From Octopus sinensis (lineage: Eukaryota), in NCBI RefSeq assembly GCF_006345805.1, contig NC_043001.1:100192001-100256000 (forward strand): DNA of 64,000 nt, in the 5' to 3' direction. Shown piece by piece: positions 1 to 12,800 of the stretch (positions are counted from its first letter, which is position 1; the number at the start of each line of letters is the position of its first letter). The translations under genes were made by a program, and so were the position numbers. The notes beneath the pieces were generated by a model, which searched no databases, was not told the origin of the DNA, and saw nothing but the letters and a program-made list of their open reading frames with translations.

Positions 1-400
<400 letters not shown>

Positions 401-587
401 GTCATATGTAAACAAACATAAGTTAGATTTTGAAGCACTGAAATGTATTGTAGCACAAGTAGAAAGATACATTTTTTTCAACGCATACATAACAGACCAG
501 CTGGTTGCTGACAGATTTTTCTGCTCTGTAAGGATTTTATCCGATATATGCAGTTTTATCAGTTGAAAAAGCATAGCTTTCTACTTA

Positions 588-653
<66 letters not shown>

Positions 654-1367
654 CATACATACATATATACATATATCAAGAGTGTGTGAAGGAGAGAAAG
701 TTATATATATATATATATAGAGAGAGAGAGGTGGGGTCTCATATATGTCATGATGTAACTTCTGTTAATGGAGATTTTCTTTGCCATAGAAAGACAATAA
801 GATCCATCTTGGTGTGTGTGAGATGTAAAATTAGCAAGCAAGATGGCTAATATTATCTATCTATCTATCTGTTTGTCTGTCTATCTATATGTATGTATGT
901 AGATATGTGTATACACAGTATATGTGTATTATATGTATATTCATGTATATATGTATATATATATGTCATGTTTGGATTAACTATACATACATACATGCAT
1001 ACATACATACATACATACATACATACATACATACATACATACGTACGTACGTACGTATGTATGTATGTATGTATGCATATGGAACAGCTTTTCTGAGAGA
1101 CATGGCTGTGAAATCTGTCAGAAACAGGAGGGCATAGAAATTTGCTGCTGCCTTAATGGTGGATTGAGAGAACCAAAGAAGCAGATGGACTCTACAGACA
1201 GCAATCAATCAAGAGACTTTTTTTTCAAATTTCCTCAAAAGGTCTTTGTGCCAACAAAAATAGGAATGTTGCCAATTAAATCTGCAAACAGATATCTCAC
1301 TCTGATGACAATGTCGGCTCTATTGAGGGGGATGTGAAGAACATTTCAATGATATTTTATCATCAGA

Positions 1368-3266
1368 CATAGGCTTGGCTGTGTGGTAAGAAGCTTTCTT
1401 CCGGTTTGCCATGATTCATTTGGTTTGTTGGATTAGTTTGAGATAGATGTGTGCTTTTTTGGCTATGCGACGTCTTTCATCTTGTGTGATGGTGGGACGT
1501 CGTTGTGAGAGGTTGAAGTGTTCTTCCTAGGAATTCAATTCGTCTGAGGAGGAGCTGGTGGAATGCTTGAAAAACATGGACAGGGAGATGGAGAGTGGGA
1601 ACTGTGCAGTGGTGGGTAAGAGAAGAATTGAAGAAGTTAATCTGGAGGAACTGAACAAGATCAAGAAAATGTTTAAAAGAGACGGGAATGATGTGAAGGT
1701 GTTCCCCACCAAAGAAGTATTAAAGGACAAGGCTGAACAGTCAATTGTCTACAGAACCTACGCAGTGGCAACAAGCTAAGTTGAAGGGGTGTTGAAGGCA
1801 CAGGTGGAAAAGGCACTAAGGCCAGTCTGGCAGGAAATATCATACCTTGCCAGGGGACGAAAATATGGAACGGTGGAGGTGCAATTTAGGAAGATAGCAA
1901 CTACCAGACTGCACTCAGCCACACCACTGAAGACAGACGAAGTGGTGCTTCTACCCGAATACCTTGGGAGACGTACTTCCTGGGTTGGGGTCGAAGACAT
2001 GTATCACCAGAAGTGAATGTGGCCTGGCTGGTGGCTGCCATACTGCTGCGCATGGAGGAAAAGGTGGTGGTCCTGCAGGCCACCAGAACACCCCATAGGA
2101 AATGGAAGGGACAAACCCTTGAAATAGTGATACAGGTCGCAGAGGAGGACTTGGAAAAGATGGTAGAAAACATCTCAGTGGGAGAAATTACTTTGAAAGT
2201 TAGAGTGGAGGGAAGAATTCCAGAGTGTTATAAATGTGGCTTGAAGGGCCACATTAGAATGCCCTCCACCACTGGAGAAGGCTGAGGCAAGTGAAAGAGT
2301 TGTGGGTGCTCCACAGCCTGTGGAGGAAAACGATAGGACACTACAGAGAAAGACAAGCACCAGCATTAAGGAAGTAGAGACAAATGACAGCTGGGAGATA
2401 GCAGAGAAGAAGAAAAGAAAAAGGAGAAAGAGGACACATGTGGTAAAGAATGACCCCAACCCACACTCATCTGGCACCCCACGCATGCCTACTCTACCCC
2501 AACCTCTCCCTACAGACATCAACCCTCTCCATACCCCAGCTGACATAAAGAAAAAGCATAAGCACACAGGAGCTCCAAATCTGCCCACCCTCACCCTGGG
2601 ATAGAAAATATGTTATTCTGTATAACAGGAAAATGAAGAACTGTATAACGAGATAGACGCATGGGATGCAGCAATAAAGGTGGATACAACAGGTGTAAGG
2701 GGGCTGCCAGAGCACATTCGCTGTATGGTGGTGGACCCGGTATACCTGGTGAGATTGAAGAGGTATGAGGCAGGCTTTGGGTGGTGGGGAAAGAAAATAA
2801 ACACTAGCGCCATGCCAGAGCAGGTAAGTTATTTTGAAATTTTAGGAAAGTATAAAATAGACATTTTACGTAAAAGAGAAAATTAGCCATTGTAAATGGG
2901 AATTCGAATAGTGTTGCAAACTGTATGAAATTAGCTGTTGCAAATGGTAATGTAAATGGTGTTGCTATGGGTTCAATGAAGTCACTCGGAGGTAGTGGGA
3001 CGAATGGCTTCATTTCATCTTCCATTGTTTAGATTCATTCTTTTCATTCGTTTTGTTTTGTTTTTGTCCTCCACCTTGTGCTGTTCCCTCTATGTAAGGC
3101 CTTCATGACCAATTTCATAAAATAAAGAAGCTTGCTTCCAAAATACATGGTTCCAGGTTCAGTTTGACTGTGTGGCACGTTGTGGGCAAATACCTTCTAT
3201 TACAGCCTCAGGATGACCAAAGTCTTTGGGGTGGGTTTGGTAGGCAGAAACTGAAAGAAGACTGTT

Positions 3267-3275
<9 letters not shown>
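1368..3275 (+). mobile_element. SINE family A head split by an insertion (pieces 1368-1402 and 3125-3275)
   Basis: ggcttggctgtgtggtaagaagctttcttcc at 1373-1402 resumes as aagaagcttgcttccaaaatacatggttccaggttcag at 3125. Confidence 0.8.
1403..3124 (+). mobile_element. ORF1-only L1/Tx1-like non-LTR element (HAL1-like), decayed
   Basis: 15-bp TSD aagaagctt(t/g)cttcc at 1388-1402 and 3125-3139. Broken ORF ~1490-2886 with an RRM-like region (RGRKYGTVEVQF...WLVAAILL) and zinc knuckle CYKCGLKGHIR. 3' UTR ends in a small hairpin and aataaa. No endonuclease or RT remnant. Confidence 0.75.
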
Positions 3276-3302
<27 letters not shown>

Positions 3303-3311
3303 GTGTGTGTG

Positions 3312-3360
<49 letters not shown>

Positions 3361-3519
3361 GTGACCAGACATATTTTTGTGGAAGAGTGCAAGTAAATGA
3401 TATCATTTGTTCATAATCAGCATGTTATGTCGAGACAAGTGGAAGACATACACATACAGACAAACACACACACACACACACATACGCACACACACACGCA
3501 CACACACAAATAAACAAAC

Positions 3520-3690
3520 AATCATATTCACATACTTAGATCTCCTACAGTTTTTGTCAATTGATTTTCTGACAAGGAAATGATTGGTCTCAAGCTATAG
3601 AAGCATTACTTGCCTAAGGTGCTGTGCAGTGGGACTGAACCTAAAACTGCATATTTGTGAAATAAACTTCTTACCCACACAACCTTGTGT
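3520..3690 (-). mobile_element. SINE family A fragment, decayed
   Basis: ctatagaagcattacttgcctaaggtgctgtgcagtgggactgaacc matches the reverse-strand SINE head. Confidence 0.7.
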
Positions 3691-4059
3691 GTGTGTGACT
3701 GGGATCCTTATCCCCATCATTTTATGTCTACTTTTTCTGTGTTGGCATGTGTTGTCAGAGACTTTTTTTGAAGTCTGTATTCTACTGCTTGGTCCCCTTT
3801 CTAATGCCAAACCATACTCGTTTTCAGGTAAGGCCTTCTGTCAAGAAGGTTATTCAATTGTTTTCAAGTTGTTTCTTTTAATTCACATCCTTACTGCCCA
3901 GCAAAATGCCAATTTGCTGGACTTTTGTTTATGTGGAACATAAAACATTTGACCACTGGATAAAAGGTGTCAGTGTGGAGACACACATCAAGCATGCACT
4001 CAATCACACACACATGCATACACACGCGTCCACGGATATATGTGTGTGCGTGTATAGAG

Positions 4060-4244
4060 TAGTGGTTCTCAACCTTTTTCCTATTTGGTCAGATCCAAAA
4101 CCTGGATTTTTTTAAGGGGCCACACTAAAAGCAAGTCAATTAAAGAAGAATTTACTTTATTTATAGAGGGAATGCTATGGAAGACCCCAGGTGGGAATCT
4201 TGAGGGCTGCATGCAGCCCTGGGAGCTGCAGTCCAGAAATACTG
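4060..4244. mobile_element. hAT (Charlie-like) MITE
   Basis: Left end tagtggttctcaacc, degenerate right end ...ccagaaatactg, 8-bp TSD gtatagag (4052-4059) / gtatagac (4245-4252) fitting the Charlie-type NTCTAGAN target. Confidence 0.7.
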
Positions 4245-4284
4245 GTATAGACACTTTATGTAGTTAAACAAAATGAGCGAGGTC

Positions 4285-4560
4285 ATTACCAGTGCCACTG
4301 GATTGGCTCCTGTGCAGGTGGCACGTAAAAAACACTATTTGAGCGTGGCCGTTGCTAGTACTGCCAGACTGGCCCTCGTGCCGGTGGCATGTAAAAGCAA
4401 TCACTACACTCTTGGAGTGGTTGGCATTAGGAAGGGCATCCAGCTGTAGAAACTCTGCCAGATCAGATTGGGGCCTGGTGCAGCCATCTGGCTCGCCAGT
4501 CCTCAGTCAAGTCGTCCAACCCATGCTAGCATGGAAAACGGACGTTAAATGATGATGATA
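4285..4560 (+). mobile_element. RTE LINE 3'-UTR/tail copy
   Basis: ggagtggttggcattaggaagggcatccagctgtagaaac...catggaaaacggacgttaaatgatgatg, same as the 3' UTR of the LINE at 38167-40748. Confidence 0.85.
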
Positions 4561-6114
4561 ATATTTATATATTACATATGCATATCTATTCTATATATAC
4601 ATATATATCTATATATGCATGTATGTGTATTTATGTGCATGTGTGCACACACACACACACACACACACACATACAGACACGCGCACATTTATCATATTAT
4701 CACACATATTTCAACTATAGTTTGTGTGTTGCATAATTCACATCATATTTAAACAATAAATTAAAGCCGTATCCCTCTGGTGGTCATGGTGGAAAGTGAA
4801 TGCAAGTTGGTAGTAAATCTTTTGCTTCTCTGCTCCCCCACTTTCTCTCTTTCTGTCTTTCTCACACACACAATCTCTCTCCCTCTCTCCTTCTCCACAT
4901 TATTTCTCTAACTGCACTGCCTGGCCCCCCCCCTTTTTTTTTCCTCTGTTACTCTCCATTCATTTAATAAATATCGCCCCCCCCCCTCCCGCCATCTTCC
5001 ACCATTTCACAGCAACTAATGCTTTCGACACTAACAACATCATCAGATAAACACGATGAAAGCCATACGCCATGTTTGGGCAGATAACAATCATTGCCAT
5101 GTCATCAACACTGTCTCCTGTCCCTTCAAGAACAACATGTCTAGGGTCCATCTCCTCTGATGGATTGAACAACTCACTAGTTATTTAACATACACCCTCC
5201 CTCTCTCTCTCTCTCTCTCTCTCACCCACATATTCTTATCTCTGTCTCTCTCTCCTACATTCTCCTTCCTCTCTTCTCCCCCCCCCCCCGTTCATTCCTC
5301 TCTATCCCTCCCTCCCCCATACACTCACCCTCTCTCTCTCTCTCTCTCCCTGTACACTCCCCTCACTCTTTTTCTCTCCCTCTCTCTCTTTCTCTTCCCC
5401 CTTCTCTTTGAGGCTCTACCCCTCCAGGTGGCACCACACTTTCTCACAAATTATATTCAATAAAGGACCACCAGTGTAACCTTTGGAAGTCTCCTTTCAA
5501 TGGAACCCCACTGTTTTAAAAAGAAAGCATTGGGTAATGTAGTTCAGCATAAACAAATTGATGGAAGGGTCATGTCTAGAATGTGTTTGGTCACATGTCT
5601 ACTTAGTCAGGACTCACCTTGGGCTAAACAACAGCCACAACACATGATACGCATTCTTATTAAATTAGTGTGTGTGTGTGTGCGTGTGTCTTACAACAAC
5701 TTCTTCATCTTTCTGCAGACATCACACTCTCATTTGGTTTCTTATTCCCTGTATCTCTCTGCATCCATTTTATCACACTTTGCCCTTTCCCATGTCCCTC
5801 TTTATTGTCACATACTCTGTCGCTCAACATTACTGTCTTAATAGCAGAGCCTAGGTGTCTCTCTTAATTAACACCCAGTCGGTTGATCTAGTTGTTACTA
5901 TTTTGGTGTCACTGTTGCTGTCACACTATCTATATGTTACACACTCTCAGCCCTTAATTCTCTGTCACTTATAATAAAGTCACTTCTAAAGAACATAACA
6001 TAATAAACCAAGAAATTCTAATTAATTAGAAGTAATGACCGAAAGGATGGATTCGTGTGTTTTTTTTATTCATTGCTCAGTCGAGAGAAAAGACTGGGCT
6101 CTTTCACTCTTTAG

Positions 6115-6308
6115 GGTCACCAACATTGGTGGGAGAGGGAAAGGATAGCTTTAGAACACAAACTTGGCTCAAAAACTGGTAACAGAATGAGCTTTGCTAA
6201 GGGTAACCAACGACAAAGTGAACCATGGCAAAATTTGAACTCAAAAACACAAGGTGTGAAACTAAATATCATAAGACCTCCTATGAAGTGCTCTGAGAAT
6301 TCCGGCAG
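6115..6308 (+). CDS. Candidate internal exon, unknown protein
   Basis: Acceptor ctttcactctttag|GG, donor CAG|gtaaga. 194 nt open in one frame only: GHQHWWERERIALEHKLGSKTGNRMSFAKGNQRQSEPWQNLNSKTQGVKLNIIRPPMKCSENSG. No recognisable homology. Confidence 0.25.
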
Positions 6309-7007
6309 GTAAGATTGAACATGTAGAAATTTTAATTCAGAATTCAAGGAACCAGAACAAATGCTGTTAAGGCATTAAGTATGTTCTTCAAGTGATTTTG
6401 TAAATTTATAGCTTTCATGAGGTATCTAACTTGTTTGAATTCGTGGTCAAACCACTTTCTAACTTTTCGACATCCATCTTAAAAATGATCAAATCTACAT
6501 GATAAAGAAAACAAATTGATGATGTGCAAGTGAAATGATGTAAGTTCAATCCTCACATAAGGCGGTACATTGATGTTGTTGTTTAGTTCCAGTTTAACAC
6601 TGATCAAATAAATGTGTTCCAGCCATTTTAGAGTTATGTGAAAGATAACAGTTGGTATTAATTCTGGTATTAAGAATGATGGGCCTTGAATTTTTTAAAT
6701 CCCAGATCAATTTGAGCTGAGGCTATCACCCACACAACAACTGCAGGATTATGGTACAAGTAATGGTGACAAGGTTTGAAGTAATGTTGGCAGCAAAGGA
6801 AGCAACAGTGAGAAGAAGCTTTTCTCACGATTGTTGCAGTGAATACCAATGGTAAGTGATGCTGTTGGAATGGTGACAGTATTCATCAATGAATGGGGAT
6901 GTTGTTATTCTTCAAACCCCAGGTCAGACCTAATCAAGTAAATTTAGGATCAAAAATGGTCCTAAACTCTCACCGGTCTTTTTATTAAATTCTCCAATCC
7001 AACTCTC

Positions 7008-7418
7008 TTTTACTCTCTTTTACTTGTTTCAGTCATTTGACTGTGGCCATGCTGGAGCACCACCTTTAGTCGAGAAAATCGAACACAGGACTTATTCTTT
7101 GTAAGCCTAGTGCTTATTCTATCGGTCTCTTTTGCCGAACTGCTAAGTTATGGGTGACATAAAAACACCAGCATCGGTTGTCAAGCAATGTTGGGGGGGA
7201 GGGGGGCAAACAAACACACACACACACACACATAAATTTATATATACATATATACGACGGGCTTCTTTCAGTTTCTGTCTACCAAATCCACTCACAAGGC
7301 TTTGGTTGGCCTGAGGCTATAGTAGAAGGCACTTTGCCCCCAGTGCCACACAGTTGGACTGAACCCGGAACCATGAGGTTGGTAAGCAAGCTACTTACCA
7401 CACAGCCACTCCTATGCC
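7008..7418 (-). mobile_element. SINE family A, near full length
   Basis: (ctctttta)n tail, body with internal (CA/TA)n, tRNA-like head ending at cacacagccactcctatgcc. Confidence 0.9.
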
Positions 7419-7539
7419 TATAGTTCAAGATTAAAGCTTTTAAGACAGAAGAATACAATTTGAGGAAATTTGGCAGCTATTTTTAGCAGTTCATATAAGT
7501 TCCTGATTAAGCTGTGGGTGTGGTTTGTTGGGGTTAACT

Positions 7540-7905
7540 GACGAGTTGGCAGAATTGTTAGAACAATGCAAAGAGTGTTTTGCAGTATTTCTTTCAATTC
7601 TTTATGGTTTATGTTCAAATTCCACTGAGGTCAGCTGTGCTGTTAATTGTTTTTTTTTTTTTAGGTAGGGGGGTGGTCAATAAAATACCAGTCAAGTACT
7701 GGGGTCAATGGTATCAATTAATACCATGAAGGCAGATTGATAAATTAAGTACCAGTTACGCACTGGGGTCGATGTAATCGACTTAATCCATTTGTCTGTC
7801 CTTGCTTGTCCCCTCTGTGTTTAGCCCCTTGTGGGTAGGAAAGACATAGGTATGAATTAATCCCACTCCTCAAAACTTGCAGGCCTTGTCCCTTAGCTTA
7901 GTTCT
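7540..7905 (+). mobile_element. tRNA-derived SINE family B
   Basis: gagttggcagaattgttag...gttcaaattccactgaggtc...gataaattaagtaccagttacgcactggggtcgatgtaatcgac...tcccctctgtgtttagccccttgtggg; matches the copy at 55045. Confidence 0.75.
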
Positions 7906-8894
7906 GATTGAGGATATTCTATTGTTTACCATAATTTTCTTTCCAGCATGGTGTATCTAAGACTAATTTATCAAATGTATTCTTTCCCTTTGAAAATGTT
8001 GAGCATAATTCGTTTGAAGGAGATTTTGCTGCTATTTTTAGCAGGAAGTCAAATGACCCCTGTAGAAACTGCTGCAGGTTATGGTGTGATCTAATAAGGC
8101 CTTGATAGCGTTGGGGGAGGGGCACAAGGTAGTTGTGACTGGCATACCTTTGTGTCCCCAAATGGTGACAGTATGAGGGATGGGAGAGGGGAAGAGGGAG
8201 GGAAGAAGTGGTGTTGGTGGTGTAAGCTGTAATGTTGGTCATGGCAGTCAGAAGGTGATGGTGGTGGTGGTGGTGGTGTGTGGTGATTATGGCAGTAGCG
8301 GGAGAGATGGTAGTGGAGTGTAATGATAAATGGTATAGCAGTCAGAACTCCTGGTTGGCTGCTGGTGGTATTTGGTGCGGGTGGGGGTGGGGGGTAGTTT
8401 GAATGATGCCTATTAATAAATTATACCAGTAAAATATGATGTTTTTCCCCCCACCCACCAACAGCTAATCAACTGAATATTAATGCAGCCATACTGGATC
8501 ACAATTAAATGAACAACACCCCATCCCTGCTCCCCTCAGTTAATTACCCCTCCTTTTCCTTCACTTCTTTCATTCCCCTAACCCTTGTTCTCTCCCTCTC
8601 TCTTCCCATTCCTCTCATCTCCACCATCCTCATCCCCAACACACATCCAGCATCACCTCCCCCTGTCCCCTTCTCTCTTGTCCCAACCCTATAATGCTCC
8701 ATCAAACACTTCATCTTAAATTTCCTTTATTTTAATCTCCTCCTCCCCCTTCACCCCTATTTACTTTTGTTTTTTGCCCTTTCTGCCCCTCTTCCCTCCT
8801 CTGCACAGCATTTACTTGTTCTTATCATTCTCTAAAATCAACCACTTCTCACCAATACTCTCTCTCTTCATCTATCAACCTACCTACCTACATA

Positions 8895-8907
8895 TCTGTC
8901 TGTCCTG

Positions 8908-8980
<73 letters not shown>

Positions 8981-8981
8981 A

Positions 8982-9034
<53 letters not shown>

Positions 9035-9038
9035 ACTA

Positions 9039-9085
<47 letters not shown>

Positions 9086-9087
9086 GC

Positions 9088-9121
<34 letters not shown>

Positions 9122-9222
9122 TTCTGTCTGTCTGTCAATCTATCTATCTATCTGTTTGTCCGTCTGTCTGTCTGTCTTTGTCTATGTGTCTATGTGTCTG
9201 TCTGTCTGTCTGTCTGTCTGTC
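8895..9222. repeat. (TCTA)n/(TCTG)n tetranucleotide array
   Basis: Direct inspection. Confidence 0.95.
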
Positions 9223-9559
9223 AGTTTCTTTGTCTAATTGGAAGCTGTGGCTTCCCTTCACCTTTGCCCAAGGCTTTCTGGAAATCATTTGCAAACTCTG
9301 AGCAATGCAGACACACATCCATGTGTGTGTATGCACACACACATGTACAAGCACACACATGCGTGCGCACACACGCACACACGCACAAGCACACACACAC
9401 ACACATGCACAAGCACACACACACACACATGCAAGTGTGCGTATTTGTATTCATTTGTTTGTTTTCCAAATTCGCATGGGTTAGACAAACATATTACTGA
9501 GGCCTTGTTATACAGTTGGATGCCCTTCCTGTCCCTGATCCTTGTTTTGCTCGACCTTT

Positions 9560-9940
9560 ATTCTCTAGAAAAACGATGACGCCGTGGTGATCTCATTCTT
9601 GCTCACAACATCATAAGCGGAAAGTGTAACCTCTTGAAAGAGCTGTTCTTCACTCCTGCTCCAGAGCGTCGGCTGCGGGGTCACTCTGAAAAGCTCTATC
9701 TGTGACGATTTCATCTCAATCGAAGGAGAGGGGCTTTCTCTGTCCGGGTTGCGGATCCGTGGAATAAGCTGCCGGACGAGATAGTGAAGATGGCGACGAC
9801 CGCTCGGTTCAAAGTCTCCCTTGACCACAAGTGGCCTGAACTCTTTACATGAACACCAACCTGTACATAACTCCTTGTCCCCCTAAATGGCCTTGCTTTT
9901 TGCTTTTTGAGCCAAAAAATTAACTAACTAACTAACTTTT
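9560..9940 (+). mobile_element. CR1-clade LINE 3' end (5'-truncated)
   Basis: Translates to RRGDLILAHNIISG...RLRGHSEKLYL*RFHLNRRRGAFSVRVADPWNKLPDEIVKMATTARFKVSLD, the typical CR1/L2 ORF2 C-terminus, followed by a (TAAC)n tail. Confidence 0.85.
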
Positions 9941-10087
9941 CTAGTAAGGGACCTCTTATTCTACAAAACCTTAAATGTGGGAAGTAACTGGATGACATGT
10001 GGACTGATGCGACAACAACATAACTCAAACATTGAAACTTTCACAGAAACAAGAGTAAATGTAAACACACACACACACACACACACA

Positions 10088-10180
10088 CATGCACAGAGCA
10101 AACTTTCTTCCAGTTTCTACCAAATTCACTTACAAGGTTTTGGTCAACTCAGGGCTTTAGAAGAAGGTACTTGTCCAAAG
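10088..10180 (-). mobile_element. SINE family A fragment
   Basis: cagtttctaccaaattcacttacaaggttttggtcaactcagggct...acttgtccaaag. Confidence 0.65.
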
Positions 10181-10284
10181 TCCTGGAGCAATCCATTAAT
10201 GGCATCCCTAGTCTCACTGTTTCAAAACAAGAAATTTTCAGAGCTGAGACACCATTAACCTGGTTCATATGACAACATATCTGC

Positions 10285-10920
<636 letters not shown>

Positions 10921-11313
10921 GTCATCCCTCTTATTCTTCCTAGAAGTAATACAGTTTTATTCCATTCATATCTATCTCTTATTACTTTTGCTTCTTCTCC
11001 CTCATATTTTTTCTGCATTTCTCTCTCTGTCTGTTTCTCTCTCTTTCTCCACCCTTTCTTTTTTCTTTTTGTAGTAATCCATCAAAAACCTTATTTTCCC
11101 TCTCTTCTCTCTCTCTTTCTCTCTTTCTCAATCTCTCCTGCCTCTTCCCTCTACATTTCCTTCTTTCCTTCTTCTCCATTCTTTTCATCTCTCACCATAT
11201 TTATTTTATCTTTTCCTTTCCCTCTCTCCCTCTCCTTTCCAATCTTCCTTTCTCCATCTCTCTTCTTCTTCTTCTTCTTCTTCTTCCTCCCCCTCCTCCT
11301 TCTTCTTGCTTTG

Positions 11314-11350
<37 letters not shown>

Positions 11351-11579
11351 CCATTGCCCTTTCATTTCTTATCTCACCATTTCCTATTCTTCTTTCTTTC
11401 TTTGCTCCACTTCTTCTTCACTTCTTCTTTCATTCCTCTCACAATAGCCTTAATTCCTCACCTTCCTTCCATATTTCTCTTTTAGCTTTGCTTGCTCTTT
11501 CTCTTTCCCATAACATCGCTCTTCATATCCTCTCTCATCAATTCATTACCTCCTTCTCTCTCCTTTCCTTTCCATCTCT

Positions 11580-11616
<37 letters not shown>

Positions 11617-12089
11617 TCCCTCTCTCACAGTCAAACATGTTCATATTCTGTCTCACTTTCAGTATATTCTTTCACTCCCCACTCCCTCATATTTCTCAAT
11701 CATTTACTTTCACAATATTATTTTGATCTAAAAAAGAATAAAAACTATTATTCCCTCCTATCAAAACAGACTCTTCAGTTTGCGACAATCGTCCCTCAAA
11801 ATTCACAAAGTATTGAGGATGGATTCTAACTTTCTGTCGTTTGTAGGTCTGAATAATTTTGTTGTAGGAAACGAAGAGTTCAACTTGTTTGTTCAGCCTG
11901 TAAAGCAAATGGGGTTTTGCTTTATAATATTGAAACACTCACCAATAACTACGATATTGTATTTTAGTAATGTTAATACAATTATCCAAAGTTTTATTTC
12001 CTGGTTTACAAGAGACAGAACTAATTACCAAACTAAATAATCATAGTAATTAAGCCCATACATTAATTGCATATGCACTGAGATATGGG

Positions 12090-12320
12090 TCATTACAAGA
12101 GCATATTTGAAATGAGACAATTTGAGAATGGAGTTGAATGAATGTTGATGCCACAGAATACCAAAAGCATAAATTCCACTGAGCATCATGGGCAATAAGT
12201 GGAACTGTGAAGTTGCTGAGTGGTATCCAAGAGACCAGGAGAAGCCTCCACTATGATGGAAGAACAACACAGTGATTTGGGTCCAGAGGGAAAATAATGG
12301 CACAGACAGAACTGGAAGCA
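12090..12320 (+). mobile_element. Decayed RTE-type LINE C-terminal fragment
   Basis: IMGNKWNCEVAEWYPRDQEKPPL*W resembles the RTE motif (R/K)W..VTEWYPR..KR..GRPP.RW. Confidence 0.4.
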
Positions 12321-12654
12321 TATTGGGACCAGTAGGGTCTGAAAGCGTCTGATAATCTGATCATTACTGTGATTCTGAGATATTAATTGAACTATTTTTA
12401 ATTTTGCTCATCAATATATTGATTCTTTTAAGGCTGACTTTCATCTTTCAGCTGTAAGCTGATAAAATAATACCAATTATATACTGCGGTCTATTCAATA
12501 AATTATTTTTATCCACAACATTCATCAGCTGAGAAAAAACAAACTAATATTTTGGGGAACTAGAGATAGTTTGTGTTGATAAAAGCAGTTAACCTTTTCA
12601 CTGCAGAATGAAATTTGACAGTTATTCCAGTGATGATGTTGAATATGTGCCAAA

Positions 12655-12800
12655 AAATAGAATTGGCTGGTGTTAGGAAGGGCATCCCGCCATAGAAACC
12701 AAAGCAGACAATAGAGCCTGGTGCAACTCTTTGGCTTGCCACTTCCTGTCAAACTGTCCAACTCATGCCAATATGGAGAATGAGGATGGTGGTGGTGGTT
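12655..12800 (+). mobile_element. Short RTE 3' tail copy
   Basis: ggtgttaggaagggcatcccgccatagaaacc...aactcatgccaatatggag. Confidence 0.7.

Noticed and set aside
1325-1375. Hammerhead-like CTGATGA...GAAA on the minus strand next to the SINE head
   Set aside because: No stem I pairing and no proper stem II.
5010-5075. Hammerhead-like CTGATGA...GAAA on the minus strand
   Set aside because: Stem II closing pair absent, and the cleavage triplet would end in G; not a valid hammerhead fold.
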